64,000 bases of DNA, taken from the NCBI GenBank assembly GCA_964016885.1, contig OZ024745.1:26040001-26104000 (forward strand), given 5' to 3'. This document shows positions 1-14,349 of this stretch, piece by piece; within the stretch, counting starts at the first letter, position 1; each line of letters begins with the position of its first letter. The notes beneath the pieces are model-generated. The model saw only the letters and a program-made list of their open reading frames with translations. It had not been told where the DNA came from and ran no database searches. The position numbers and the translations under genes are program-made. The stretch comes from Eledone cirrhosa (lineage: Eukaryota).

Positions 1-172
1 CACTCACACACACGCATACACTCACACACACGCACACACGCACAGGTACAGACACAAACACACACACTCACTCACACACACGCACACACGCATAGGTACA
101 GACACAAACACACACACTCACTCACACACACGCACACACTCACACACACGCACACACGCATAGGCACAGACA

Positions 173-213
<41 letters not shown>

Positions 214-313
214 AGACAGACACAGACAGACACACAGGCAGATACGCAAACACACACACACACACACATAAACACATACACACACACACAGACAGACACA
301 CACATACATATAT

Positions 314-371
<58 letters not shown>

Positions 372-375
<4 letters not shown>

Positions 376-574
376 TAACATGTTTAACCCCGACGGCAGA
401 GCTCAAGCCGTTTCGATGGCTATTTCTGGGCCCAGAGTCCAGAAATAGCCGTCGAAACGGCTTGAGCTCTGCGGTCATGGTTAAATATTTTCCTATAACC
501 CACTCTACTATCCTAAGTATTGAGTACTCTGGTGCGTTATGGTCCATCTGGTTCCTTACCACATTTCCTTCGTT
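372..574 (+). mobile_element. Penelope-like pseudo-LTR remnant, family A, with inverted partial copy, in (TA)n
   Basis: Fold-back GCAGAGCTCAAGCCGTTTCGATGGCTATTTCTGG...CCAGAAATAGCCGTCGAAACGGCTTGAGCTCTGC plus a unique 3' tail ending CCTTCGTT-(TA)n. Homologous copies at 22255, 57450 and 63759. Confidence 0.65.
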
Positions 575-880
575 ATATATATATTTCCTCGATTTATATC
601 GGTGAAGATTGGTAACATCGGCGAAAAACAGCTACTCTTCGAACAAAATCTGTTGTACATGCTCACCGTGGCTGTTCCTTTGGAAACCATTAACCAATGG
701 CGGTGTTGTTCACGAATTGGGATATAGATTTAATAAATAAACGTATAGCTTGATTCAATTCTAAAACACTATCGTAATGAACGAAATATGTAAATAGACG
801 TATGCGGTAACGTCAGTACTAACGTTTCTACTAAGTTAGCCTAAGTCAGAAAAATTAACATTGATTTCCTAATAGCAGTG

Positions 881-931
<51 letters not shown>

Positions 932-962
932 GTCTCTCTCTCTGTTTATCTATCAATTTCTT

Positions 963-1012
<50 letters not shown>

Positions 1013-1035
1013 CTCTGTTTATCTATCAATTTCTT

Positions 1036-1081
<46 letters not shown>

Positions 1082-1140
1082 GTCAATTTCTTTCTCTTTT
1101 CCCTCTCTCTCTACCCCCCTCTCTCTCTCTCTCTCTATCT

Positions 1141-1194
<54 letters not shown>

Positions 1195-2409
1195 ATCTAT
1201 CAATTTCTTTCTTTTCTCTCTCTCTCCCTCCCCTCTCTCACTCTCTCTCTTTATCTATCTATTTATTTCTCTTTTCTCTCCATGTGTCACTCTCTCTTTT
1301 CTCTCTGTCTCGTCAGTAAACATATCATCTGACAGCATATGAATTGATCCAAATTTGCTATCATTGATGCTAGATGAGAAATATAAGTATCTTAAGTATT
1401 TAAATATCTAACGTATATGATGACCCATTAAATAGAAAAGTGCAAGAATATACTCCACAGTTTTTCTTATAAAGAATAAAGCCGATACTGAAAATAGAAC
1501 AACATTGCATGCAGGGAAAATTTATTAACAAAAACAAAAGAGAAAAACAAAAGTGGGTTCTATCCAGTTGACTAAGCAGTTAATTAAATCGGCCATCCTA
1601 CAACAAACATATTAACGACAGTTTTGGAGTGTTTATTTTGATATTTATATTTGGCTTTGCAATCTAGGAATTTCAATAACTCAACGAGATGAATGTCATC
1701 ATTCGGAAACTTCAATGTTGCAGGAAACTTCATCCTCAACTGATATGTTTCCTGTATAATGTTATTGTATAAGATCCGGATTGAAATAATGAAGTTCTAC
1801 CTACAACAGAGAAAGAAGGTCACTGATTATTTTTCTGAATTTAACAATCATGAATTAAATAACATTGTTACGAGAATAATAAATGAACTTCCAAAATAAA
1901 CAAAGCGAACACTGACCTTTCTCCAAAGGAACGCCGGAAAATCCTATATAAGACAACAGAATAATAATAAAAAATAGACCAGTTGTTACTGTTTCGACTC
2001 GAGTAATGCCTGACTGTGCAAACCTATGATCAAAAGTGTTTTTCCTGTAACCATGATATCTTTTTTCAAGCATATTGTTTAAAGAACAACATTATTTGTT
2101 TCTTCCCTATTTTAAGAGAGTAGATTCGACTTGATGTGGTGGTGGCTGCAATTTCTAATAATAAAACCAATCACGTATAAGTACTTTATTAAAAAGTGTG
2201 TGCTGTGGGGACTTGAAACGAAAAACACTGATTGATTAAACCATACAAAATTATTGGCTTGACATTTTGAAAAACACATGATTTAGCGTGGAAATTGAAC
2301 TAAATTCCATATAATTTATCAGCAAGAAGTCCTTATTATTTACTTCATATAGAGCTGGCTAAAGTACTTCTATAAATCTTGCGTAATTTGTAAATCAAAT
2401 TGGTATTTC

Positions 2410-3000
2410 GCTACGGGCGCAAGACAGAAAAAATTGCCTGCCCTTCCCGGTCAAAAGAAAGAGGCGGGGCGATCTTCCCCATGGACTCGGTCGATAGCCG
2501 GATCGGTCCTACATGCGACAACAGCTGTTCGACGTAACTCCACAAGTCAGTAATGCACGAATATTGGACGAGTACACGCAGAACGGTTTCATCACTCTGT
2601 GTGCATCTCGGGCATATTCGTTTGACAGCACTTCCGTGCCGGTAGAGTTTATCTTGAACCGGCAGTTCCCCCCGGTGGTACTGCCAAGCGAGGGAATTCT
2701 GGAAGTTATCCATAGTCCCGGCTTCATCGACGCCCTCAGCCTCTCTGAATGAGCAGTCATGTTTGCCCACCACATAGAACCTCTATAGAACTCCGGGTTT
2801 AGTTTTGCTCCCGCCAACCTTTTATATTCCCCCAAAAAGGTGTCGACCACCTCGATTTTACGAAGTGTTCGACACCATCATGGTGATGTCATCCACATAT
2901 GCCGACACAGCACTTACGTGTCTCGGGATTCCCTGCAGTAAAGGCTGCCGAGTCAATACGTACAGAAGAGAGGAGAGAGGACACTTTCGACAAACCAATC
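2410..3000 (-). mobile_element. L1/Tx1-type LINE fragments (RT YxDD region and C-terminal zinc-finger region), internally deleted
   Basis: Minus strand near 2940-2870 reads LQGIPRHVSAVSAYVDDITMMVS. ORF 2411-2773 has LAWQ..RGELPV...CPRC..SDETV.....C...DLW, typical of L1/Tx1 ORF2 C-termini. Confidence 0.75.
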
Positions 3001-3049
3001 GGGAGATCTGAAACGATTTCGAAAGGTGGCCATTAACTTTGAAAGGAAG

Positions 3050-3995
3050 GAATGATACTGCAGAGAAAGAGCAATCTTAAGAACAGAGTTGAATGCAAGA
3101 AATAGGATCGATGCCATAAACACACTTGCCATACCAGTAGTAACCTACAGTTTCAATGTCATCAACTGGTCAAGCAGAGATCCGTAGACGATACGAAAAT
3201 TAGAAAATTCTTAACCATGCTCAGAATGCATCACTCTAAGGCAGATACAGATAGAATATATCTCCCTAGGAAAGAAGGAGGACGTGGATTAATCCAGTTA
3301 GATATTTCTTTGAAAACTGCAACAATTGGATTATCTACATATCTAAGGGAAGCCTATGATTGGATGATCAAACTCGTTTTGAAACATGAAAGCAACAAAA
3401 GATCATACGCCATTACAAAAGATGCACATAGTAATGAACTACACATTTTAGAAGTTCCCTTTACTGCTGAAATGAAAAACACAGAACTTTTGCATCACAA
3501 ACAGGCCGAAAAATAGATGCAAATAGACCTGATATAATACTGAAGGACTTTAAACAGAGGGTTGTATGCCTGCGAATTCATATGTCCGTTCCTATAGACA
3601 AGAATGTTTCTATAAAAACATTTGAAAAATTGAGCAAGTATAAGGACCTGGAGATAGAGATTGGAAAATTGTGGAAGTTGAGAACTAAAACAATACCAGG
3701 GGTTGTAGGAGCTCAAGGAATGATACCTATGGGTTCTAATGATTACTTATCTCAAAATCCCAGGAAACCCGCGTATAGAAGAAATACAAAAGATAGTACT
3801 AATGGAAACTGCCCATATACTAAGGAAGATTCTGTCAATATAAATACATCACAAGTCTAAACACCTAAAGATATATGTATGTGTGTATGGGTTCTTTCTT
3901 GAACATGGCGGACCTTGTTGTCACTTGAGGTCACTGGTTGTGTCTTGATGATAACTCGTATGAACATAAAGCAAGATAAATGAAATAATAATAAT
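3050..3995 (+). mobile_element. R4/Dong-like non-LTR retrotransposon 3' fragment (RT thumb plus restriction-like endonuclease), decayed
   Basis: LNARNRIDAINTLAIPVVTYSF, DRIYLPRKEGGRGLIQL, NRPDII, MSVPIDKNVSIKTFEKLSKYKDLEIEI...GVVGAQG motifs in broken frames; ends in a (TAA)n tail. Confidence 0.8.
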
Positions 3996-4376
3996 TTTAC
4001 TATTACAATTATCATACACACCCAAACATCCATATATATTTATGGAAGTTAGTGCATACAATTATATACACACATACAATTCGTAAAAGAAGAAACAAGA
4101 ATAAAAAGAAAAAGAAGAAAAAGAAAAAGAACAACAACAGCAGCAACAACAACTACAAACAACTAAAAACACATACTCAGACACATATACGCACACAATC
4201 AGAGATTTGAAACGGTAGATTTATAAATAGTCACAAATGTAAACCCATAGGTCACAGTAAATCCTACCAAATAAGAACACACAAACCTACAACATACACA
4301 CTTCATACATTCATACATATGTATACGTGTACGCCTGTATGTGTGTGTATGTATATATATATATATATATATATAT

Positions 4377-4421
4377 GATGATGGCTGCCCCCTCGTTATC
4401 GAGTATGGCCATTGCACGAGA

Positions 4422-4452
<31 letters not shown>

Positions 4453-4475
4453 GAAAAAAAAGAGAAATATATATG

Positions 4476-4534
<59 letters not shown>

Positions 4535-5231
4535 TAATAACAATAATAATAATAATAATAACAACAATAATAATAACGACAACAACAATAATAATATACA
4601 TATACATATATATATATACACACACACGCACACACATAAGCATATCTACACACACACACACACACACACGATAGCAACTAACAGCGCTGCGATCGAATGT
4701 GGCTTTTTAGCCCAGCCAATGATCTAAAATGTCTTGCACAGAGTCGGCAACCAAAATATTCACTGGGAATAGCCGGCTGTGGCTGAAGTTCGTGTACATT
4801 TGCATGTCGCTTGAGTCCTCCTGCTGATTTACATTCTCTACCACATGTTTGGCAAGCATGATGAGTAGCATCTCCAACAGCAGCCTGGTAGTCAACCACT
4901 GGTCTTACTTTATGACTGCGAAGATGACTTTTGAGTCCAGCTTTGCTTAGGCAGAGTCTCGCACAGACGCTGCATGTCGGCACCATAGGAGGACCCTCGC
5001 CGTCTGGAAGTGCAACAGCAATGCCCTTCCTCACATCCCGCTTTACTTTCTCGTATGCGATTCGAGATGCCTCAAAGGCAACTTTTCCCTCATATACAGT
5101 CTTTCTCCATTTATTACGATCAGCAGCAATATTCTCCCATGTATCAGCAGAGATGTTAGCGTCTTTCAGAGAGGCTTTCAAGGAATCCTTATACCTCTTT
5201 TTTGGTTTATGTGGCGGTCGTTTTCCTTTGT
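4377..5231 (-). mobile_element. RTE-type LINE, 5'-truncated, C-terminus with three C2H2-like zinc fingers and microsatellite-rich 3'UTR
   Basis: GKRPPHKPKKRYKDSLKASL...WENIAADRNKWR (RTE C-terminus) followed by three CxxC-x12-H fingers. 3' end GGCCATACTCGATAACGAGGGGCAGCCATCAT then (TA)n. Homologous to 54006-54650. Confidence 0.85.
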
Positions 5232-5260
5232 ATGTATGAATGTATGTATGCATGTATCCA

Positions 5261-5339
<79 letters not shown>

Positions 5340-5464
5340 TAAATGAATCTAGAAGCACATATATGTACACAATTCAATACGTATGTAGATACGCACTAAG
5401 ATAAGTAAACATATACAACTTCAACGTTCATTCATACGTTTACAATATATACGCAACTCAATGC

Positions 5465-5566
<102 letters not shown>

Positions 5567-6839
5567 GAGAGTGTGTGTGTGTGTGCGAGTGTGTGTGTAT
5601 GCGTGTGTGTGTGCGCGGGTGTGTATATATATATAACATTAACAAACCTAGATATCTTGTAATCTAATCACAAAACAAAGTCTCTAACTTATCAAATCCG
5701 AAAATTAATTTCCCCTCAGTATTTCAGTTGGCAATAAACACACTCCGGTATGTATTATATATACACTCACTCATATATACAAATACACGCATGTGCGCAC
5801 ACACCGGCTCATTTCATCTCTCATACACCCACATGCTCACTCACTCACTCGCACACAGACGCATATATTACACCAACACTAACGCGTTTTTCGATTAGTA
5901 ATATACGCACAACCATTGGCAGAGAACACAGAGAGAAATTACAGTTACATAAGATTTTACTTATTTACTAGTTCCCAGTCCATGCATATGACACCACCTT
6001 CAAATGTTTAATCGGTTATTGCAACCCCTGGAATTATATCTTTCCTACATAATGTATTAATCACTAGCCAGATACTGTAATGTAGACATAAACATTAACA
6101 TGAAAACAAACACATATATGTATCTATAAATGTATATCCACATGGTCGCTGCGACTCAATTTCGAGTAATGCCATCGCCTGATACTTCTGTATGTGCATC
6201 ATAGACGTGGCTTTTAAGTTCTACTAAGGACTTGCCTTTGGTCAGCAATGCCATGCATCGCAAAAAATGTCACATATCAAGCGATGCCTGTGCTTGCAGC
6301 TTTTTTGATTGAGGAAAGGCTTTGCACGGGGCCAAACCTACTCTTTGAAAATCTGGTCTGCATCATTGGAGTGACCTTCTCTTTCATACATCCATGCATA
6401 CATACATTCATACATACATACATTGGTGGATTGGGTCCAAAAATATTGGTTGCCAAGAAGAAACAAAGGGGCCCACACACAACTACAAGGCAAGCGGTGC
6501 TTTTTAGCACAGCGAAGCCGCCTAAGTAACCTATAGCCACAGAACTTGCAAGGCGAGCGGTGCTTTTTTCTACTTTCTAACTTCTACTTAGCAAAAGGCG
6601 AAGCAAAATTCTTCTTCTTCTTCTTCTTCTTCTTCTTCTTCTTCTTCTTCTTCTTCTTCTTCTTCTTCTTCTTCTGCTTCTTCTTCTTCTTCTTCTACCA
6701 GTTTTTTCACTCCCAAGGCGAGGCTATGATAAAAGACACTTGCTTAAGAAGCCTAATAAATATGACATCTGCGGAGATGTTTTGCTCCTTTTTGACCTCA
6801 TACTCACACATACATAAGCAAACTCATGCATCTATACAA

Positions 6840-6877
<38 letters not shown>

Positions 6878-7374
6878 ACAATCACAAGCACACAAACACA
6901 GACACACACAAACAAAAACGCACATACACACACATGCACGCACACATGCACGCACACATGTCCACACACACACACACACATATACGCGTATATGTCAATG
7001 GATGTTTGTTTGTATGTTTGTATGAATATCCGCCTGGAAGTGTTCTATACATTTGTGACGTAGAGAGGTGGTGTGAGGGGGGGGGGGTTTCTTCCGGTCC
7101 CTCATATTTCCTATCTTCCTTGCTGACGGAATGTTTCTACCATGACAATCGTCTCTGCTGAACACCCACCACCACCACAACTACCAGAAACCCCATACCC
7201 TCTCTCGCTCACCACTAACACCAAATTCTCTAAATCTACTGCCATCACCACTACCAACTTCCACCCACACTAACCTTTTCTCCACCAAGTTTATGTCAAT
7301 ATCACAAAAATGGAGAGTTATTAAGTCATGGGGATGGCTGTCTCGTGTACACAAAATGATAACAACAAAAATAA

Positions 7375-8033
7375 TAATATTTTTTGCTATAGGCACAAGG
7401 CCAGCAATTTTGGGGAGGGGGGAAAGTCCAATAAAGTGACCCCAGTGCATTACTGGTACTTTATTTTAACGACTCCGCAAGATTGAAAGGCAAAGTTAAC
7501 CTCAGTGGGATTTTAAAATCAGAACGCCAAGGGCCATAACTCCATGACGCAAAGAATGGTGTCCGACACTCTACTGATACTGCCAACCCACCACCCTTCA
7601 ATAATGATAATAATTGTTTCTACCTTTGGCACAAGGCCAGCAATTACCCAGTGCATTACTGGTACTTTATTTTATCGACCCCGTAAGGATGAAAGGCAAA
7701 GTGAACCTCGGCGGGATTTGAACTCAGATCATAAAGGGACGTAACTCTCTGCGTCAAAGCATGGCGTCAGACTCTCTACCGATACTGTCAATCCACCGCC
7801 CAATAATGATAATAATAGTTTCTGATTTAGGTACAAGGCCAACGACTTTTTGGGAGAGGGGAAAGTCGATTAAATCGACCCCAGTGGATTACTGGTAGTT
7901 CATTTTATCGACCCCGTAGGAATGAAATGGAAAGCTAACCTCGGCGGGATTTCAACGCAGAGCACAAAGGGCCATAACTCTATGCTGCAAAGCATATTGT
8001 CCAACGCTCTACCGATACTGCCAGTTCACCGCT
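7375..8033 (-). mobile_element. Three head-to-tail tRNA-derived Nin-domain SINEs
   Basis: Each has an A-box-like TGGCAGTATCGG, a B-box-like GAGTTCAAATCCC, a central CTTTGCCTTTCATCC..CGGGGTCGATAAAATAAAGTACCAG and a 3' GGCCTTGTGCC..A..AGAAAC (approx. 7375-7595, 7611-7800, 7813-8033). Confidence 0.85.
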
Positions 8034-9369
8034 CTAACAAACATTATAAATAATAATTTCGTTTTAGCTTTTCCGTGTTTACCAACCTTTTCGATAATGT
8101 ATATAACGGTTTCTAAATCTTACAATGTTTTGTATAAATATGATGTTAAGTATTTCTAAACACTATATGTAAATACCAAAAACTGTTATTAGTATTTTAA
8201 CAGATATTTTAAAGATTTCGTATGCCGTTATATTCATATAATGAATACTTTACTATATAATAATACAAAAATGCAATGATTTGACTTTCCACGAGGAAAA
8301 GCCTAACGTTATAGGTGATAGAGGTTTTCAGAGAATTACTTTTTAAAATGGTACTTAATACATAGATTGAAGGTAGTAAGCGAGGGAGAAAATAGTGAAA
8401 AATATCATGTTGGACAGTCGTAAAAGAAGGGACATTTTCAGCATGAATACTGTTGGAGATGAAAGTAACAGCGTAACATTTAGAGTAGAAGTTCCTGAAG
8501 GTGTCAAGACCAAAACGGTGGGGTTAAAAGGGCATTTTCCGATCAAAAGGTTGCACAAGAAAGGGGAAGATTGAGAATGATAAGGAATTTGTGGGCCAGA
8601 AAAAAGTAAGTGAAAGTTGAGGAAGATAGTTCGCTGAGGTGACGAAAATGACGAATCAAATATTATAAAAAGGGAGGCCTTCCATCTGGTGCTCTGAATC
8701 TGTATGTTAGTTAGACTCTATGGAATGCACTTATTATATTTGCGTCGCCAGAAAGTGCTTACTTTTATGCACACAACTTTATTTTCAACAAGGATTCATT
8801 GCCCCATTTACATACATAAGAAACTGCATTGTTAAAAAATACATTTGCTTAACAAAAACTACTGCTAAAATCATCAATGCAATGTAGTTTAATGTAAACT
8901 ATCAACATTTCTACTTTACATAATATGTCTAAAGTCTGTTTAGTTCTTATCTTTCTCTATATTTTTGTCTCAAGGATTTCTTGCATTTCAGAATCCATCT
9001 AAATTTTCAACTAATCGTGACATATTTTTAAGTTTAAACTGTGAAACATTTCACACTGTAGCGTTTTACACATTTCCATTTCAACTTTGCATCTGATTTC
9101 GTTTTTAAGACAGGATTTAATTTCCAAGAATGTCCCCCTTTCTTTTTAATGATTCAATGATGTCTCAGGCTTTCTTTTTCACCGAAGGAAGAATACATTT
9201 CTAGAGAAGAATGATACATGTACGAAACAAATCTTTCTCCTTCAATCTTATTTTTTCATGTTAACTTGTTTACTAGGTTTACATACGGTCTCCAGACATA
9301 TTTAGTTTTGGCAGATATCTCCAAGCCCTAAACATCGTCTTTTAGGTTTCAATTTTTAAATTCTTTATT

Positions 9370-9457
<88 letters not shown>

Positions 9458-10128
9458 GGCAATTTAAAGATGGGGATAACAGAAAGTAAAGTAATTCATT
9501 CATTCTTTTATTTTGGAATATTGATTGGTTAACATGAATATTTACTTATTTACTTCAAATCCTGAAAATTATAGGAGAAATATAAATATTATTCAGGAAT
9601 GGAACCTCATATCTTCTAAATACCGGTATCTGGAAGGTATGGAAATCAATTCCTTGGCAACTTCACCCTATTTTATAACCCATCTTTATAGCATTTCTGA
9701 GTTGAGCTCTTTCTTTATACGTATATATATAATATACATATATTTCCTATTAAGTGTGATAGAAATAGCAGAGTGCTTGATAATATAAATATCAATAATA
9801 TTTTGTATCAAAGAAATTATTTAAACCTGTCCATCACAAAGTTTGATTTGTTAAATCATTTTCTGTTTTTTAGAACCAAGGTAAACCTAATTGCGTAGGC
9901 ATGAGACCAAAAGCATTTCAGTCGTAATTACTTCATTTTCCTTTCTTGTTTCTTTAGGTGTTAGAGTTTGATTTGAATGAAATTTAATTGCTATCTATGG
10001 CTGAGCGCAGGACCCCATAGAAGGCCACACGCTTGGTTGTTATTGTTCTTAAGTAGATTTTTTCAGTTAATAATGTAAAACTATAAATATATTTCAACAT
10101 TTACAGTTAGTGTTTCAACTCAGTAACT

Positions 10129-10214
10129 CATCATCATCATATCTTGTAATGTACCTTCTCGTGGTGCCCTTGTTAATCCGAAAGGAGACCGAACATTACA
10201 ACACGCGCAACGCG
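10129..10214 (-). mobile_element. Extremely 5'-truncated retroposon 3' end with 13-bp TSD
   Basis: Flanked by the direct repeat CAACTCAGTAACT (10116-10128, 10215-10227); (ATG)n tail on the minus strand; internal TGTAATGT...ACATTACA stem. Confidence 0.65.
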
Positions 10215-13200
10215 CAACTCAGTAACTAATCTAAATCAGCACTATATTCCTACTGTACCCATTTCATACACATCACAGAAAATTGTTACTCCCAACCCGA
10301 GCCAATTATGCCTGAATGTTGTGGGACTAAATGCCTTGTGTTGTTATACTTTTTAAATGTTATTCTGTCGGAATATAAAAAAAATAAATTAAGAATCCTT
10401 TACGGTTAAGCCACGTTTAATATTCAGTTTCGATCCCCAATTAGAAACTGAAACTTATATAAGATTTAAGAAAAGAAACCGGTCAATGGTTAGTAACTAA
10501 TGTCGTACAAAGTAAACTGAAACACTTGCTTGAGGTGTCTTTTTTCTCCGAAGACCTTCTGTTGTCCAGATCTCCTGAGAGTTTCGGATCACTGCTCTAA
10601 GGCTTCTGGTATCACCAGGAATCTCAAGACGGCTACATCATTCTATTTTTAATAATCAATTTAAAAATGTATGTTCTTGGCTATATATAACTATGTAGCA
10701 ATTAGGTATACTAGAACAGTTCTTTTTCCAAGAACACTTCCACTACTCATAAATTTCTAATCAAAATGGTTTAGGTTTCTATCCAAAATGAAGCCCTCTG
10801 CTTTTATTTAATTTTCATACAGATATCAACCTCCAGAAATTCAAAATATTCATGAATAAATTTTATTAATTACTTTATCTATAGTATATCTGGATGTAGT
10901 CTTACAGTTGAGAAAATAGAACTAAACTTAGTATTTATCTGTCTACCAATGGTGTACTGTCTCCACAGTCACAATGGTGTTTGGAAAGTCTTATTTCAAT
11001 ATCTACAATAGTACTCAGAATATTTCTAATATAAACTTATCTTACATTTAAAGGAGAGAGAACTAAATAGGATAGAAAATGCGAAATAAATAGATACATA
11101 AAAGTACTGTCAAGGAGTATTCATAGCAGGCATTAGAAATCGCCTTAAGTCCCAGTTTTTCTGTTTATTTTTTAAACCTGGCGCAATCAAGAGTTATGTC
11201 CCTTTACAAAAACAACAACAAATCACACCAACTAAAGTCAAATTAAGCTGACCTCTAACCTCCAAAAGAAAAGAGTGTAATATAAACTTCTCTATGATAA
11301 TTTACTACATTTATTGGCTGTGATAATGTCCTTAATAGTGATGAGTAAAATCAGGAAGAATTAAAACAGGAAAACGAAAGAAAAGAAAGAAAAAGTGTTA
11401 TTGAAATGCTTGAAACTAACATGCACTCAAGGAACCACCCACCCGTACAAATTTAGACCTCTGCTGGAAACGTGGGAAAGGAATCGGATATAACTACGTG
11501 CTATAATAGATTAATCCATGACATTTTGTTTTGAAGCCAATCTTATTTGTTATATAGTTGTTTAAACCAATAGAATTTTCGAACCTCGGTCAAGGGCCTC
11601 TTCTCTCTCCTTCTTCTCCCCCTCATCTGTCGTGTTATTTGTTCAATCACTTGACGATCGGATAACTCCTGAGGACATGGGATCGTATTTGTCTAACAAT
11701 GATAACAAACGACACGGGGTCAATGAAACAATCAGAACATCGTACGAGGGGATTTCTTCATTGTAATATATTTCTTTTTCGAAGGATTAACAAACGCAAA
11801 TTCAAACTCCACCCACAATAGTTTGCGTTACTGACAGAAACATGCTTGTAACACTGATTGGATTTTCTATAGAAAAAGGTTTCGTAGTGTCATTTGCAGA
11901 CTTTCTAAAGGCCATCGTGTACACGCTGAACTTGGTTTTCAAGATTTGTTTATAATTATCATCATATTATTTGCTGTTGAATCGATCACGGAGAGAATCT
12001 TTATATATTGTGGGAATCTTGGGAAACATATAGATTCAGAGTTGATATTAATAAAACGCACAAAAGATTTCAGTTACATAAACATAGAAACAGATAGAGA
12101 TTAGATTTTGTGTATGCGTGTGAGAGAGGGAGGAAGGGTCGAGAAAGGAAAGAGAGGGAGATAGAGAACGAGAAAGAAAAGGAAATATGTATAGAGAGAA
12201 AGAAAAGTGAGGGGAAGATAGTGAAAGAATTATTAAATAAATAGTATATAAATATATAAGTAAAAACAACGGGTGAGAGAGAACGTTAGATAATGGGGAT
12301 AAGGATAATTATACACCGTCACGAACACACACACACACACACACGATCACACACACATACACACACACACAATCACGCCCACACACCCACACACGATCAT
12401 ACACACACATACACACACACAATCACACACACACACAATCACACACACACACACACACCTATAAATACGTATAAACTAAAACAGTTAAATTCGCACAAAC
12501 ACACACACAGACTCACACACACAATCACACACACGATCACACACATACACACAGACACACACACATACACACACACGATCACACACGCAATCACACACAC
12601 ACACACATACACACCACACACAATCACACACAATCACACAATCACACACACAATCACACACAGACACACACACACAATCACACTCATGATCACACACACA
12701 TACACACACATACAATCACACACACAATCACACACACATACACATACACATACACACACATACACACACACAATCACACACAAACACACACAATCATACA
12801 CACAATCACACACACACACACACACACACAATCGCACACACGATCACACACACATACACACACACACATACACACACATACACACATACACACAATCACA
12901 CACACACACATACAATCATACACACACACACACACATCTATAAATATGTATAAATTAAAACAGTTACATTCGCACATGAATATAAATGTATATGCATGTC
13001 TATACATTTCGATTTTTCCTTAATAAGTACGTAAAAGTTAACACACGCATACAGACACACACATACACACACACATACACACACATACACACACACATAC
13101 ACACACATATACACACATTTCGATTTTTCCTTAATAAATACGTAAAAGTTAACACACACATACATACACACACATACACACACACATACACACACATACA

Positions 13201-13432
13201 CACACACATACACACACATACACACACACACATACACACACACATACACACATACATACACACACACAATCACACACACATACACACACACATACACACA
13301 CAATCACACACACAAAGTTAAATACTTTAGAGAAAATTTTACTAATATTTTCGCTTCCCTAACACTGACCAATAAGTTTCGGATTTGGATATATTAAATA
13401 TTTTTATACTTAAAAAATAAAGTAATAAAACT

Positions 13433-13901
13433 TAATTGTTTCTACTTTTGGCACAAGGCCAGCAATTACCCAGTGTATTACTGGTACTTTATTTTATCGA
13501 CCCCATAAGCATGAAAGGCAAAGTTAACCTCGGCGGGATTTGAACTTAGAATGGCAAGGGCCGTAACTCTATGCGTCAAAGCATGGCGTCTGACCCTCTA
13601 CCGATACTGCCCATCCACCACCATAAAGTAATAAAACTTAATGACGTATTCGACGTATGTTAATTAAAAAATTAATATATCCGATCATAATTAATGTTTT
13701 CTTATATAGGCCATTTTGGGGGAAGGGAAAAGTCGATTAAATCGAGCCCAGTGCGTGACTGGTACTATATTTTATCGACCCCGTAAGGATGAAAGGCAAA
13801 GTTAACCTCGGCGGGATTTGAACTCAGATCATAAAGGGCCGTAACTCTATGCTGCAAAACATAGTGTCAGACGCTCTACTGATAGTGCCAATCCACCACC
13901 G
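13433..13901 (-). mobile_element. Two Nin-domain SINE copies (about 13433-13622 and 13694-13901)
   Basis: Same consensus as the 7375-8033 copies. Confidence 0.85.
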
Positions 13902-14349
13902 TATAAAAACTGTTCAAATGTTCTAGCGCCCTATGAGAGGCTAGTATTAGAACGACTCCTTCACTATATAAAGGTGGCCACAACTGGACCCCGAAACCCA
14001 AGGTCACGCATGCATGTTAAGTGAATGAAATATTAGTTATCTATCTATATATAAAAAACTGTAGTTGTCTGTGTGTGTCCTCATTTGTGCAAAGTCTATA
14101 CAAATCCACATTTCTAATCCGATTGACTTCAAACTTGCATTTATATATTCCTTGCGGTCTAAAGATACTAACTGCCGCTTTTACTTTTCAATTTTCTGTT
14201 GTTAAAGGGGTGTTAAGCGCCTGTAATCGATCTCCGTCGCGCCCTTATAATATTTGTCTGTATGCCTGACTGTCTGCATAACGACATTATGACCAACACG
14301 TCATTGCTGACGTATTATCTTCGCCACATTCACACACACACACACACAC

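Noticed and set aside
4678-5000. Host C2H2 zinc-finger gene
   Set aside because: Fingers are contiguous with RTE ORF sequence and the LINE 3' end in two copies.
7375-8033. CRISPR-like repeat array
   Set aside because: Units are ~190-220-bp SINEs without unique spacers, in eukaryotic DNA with no cas genes.
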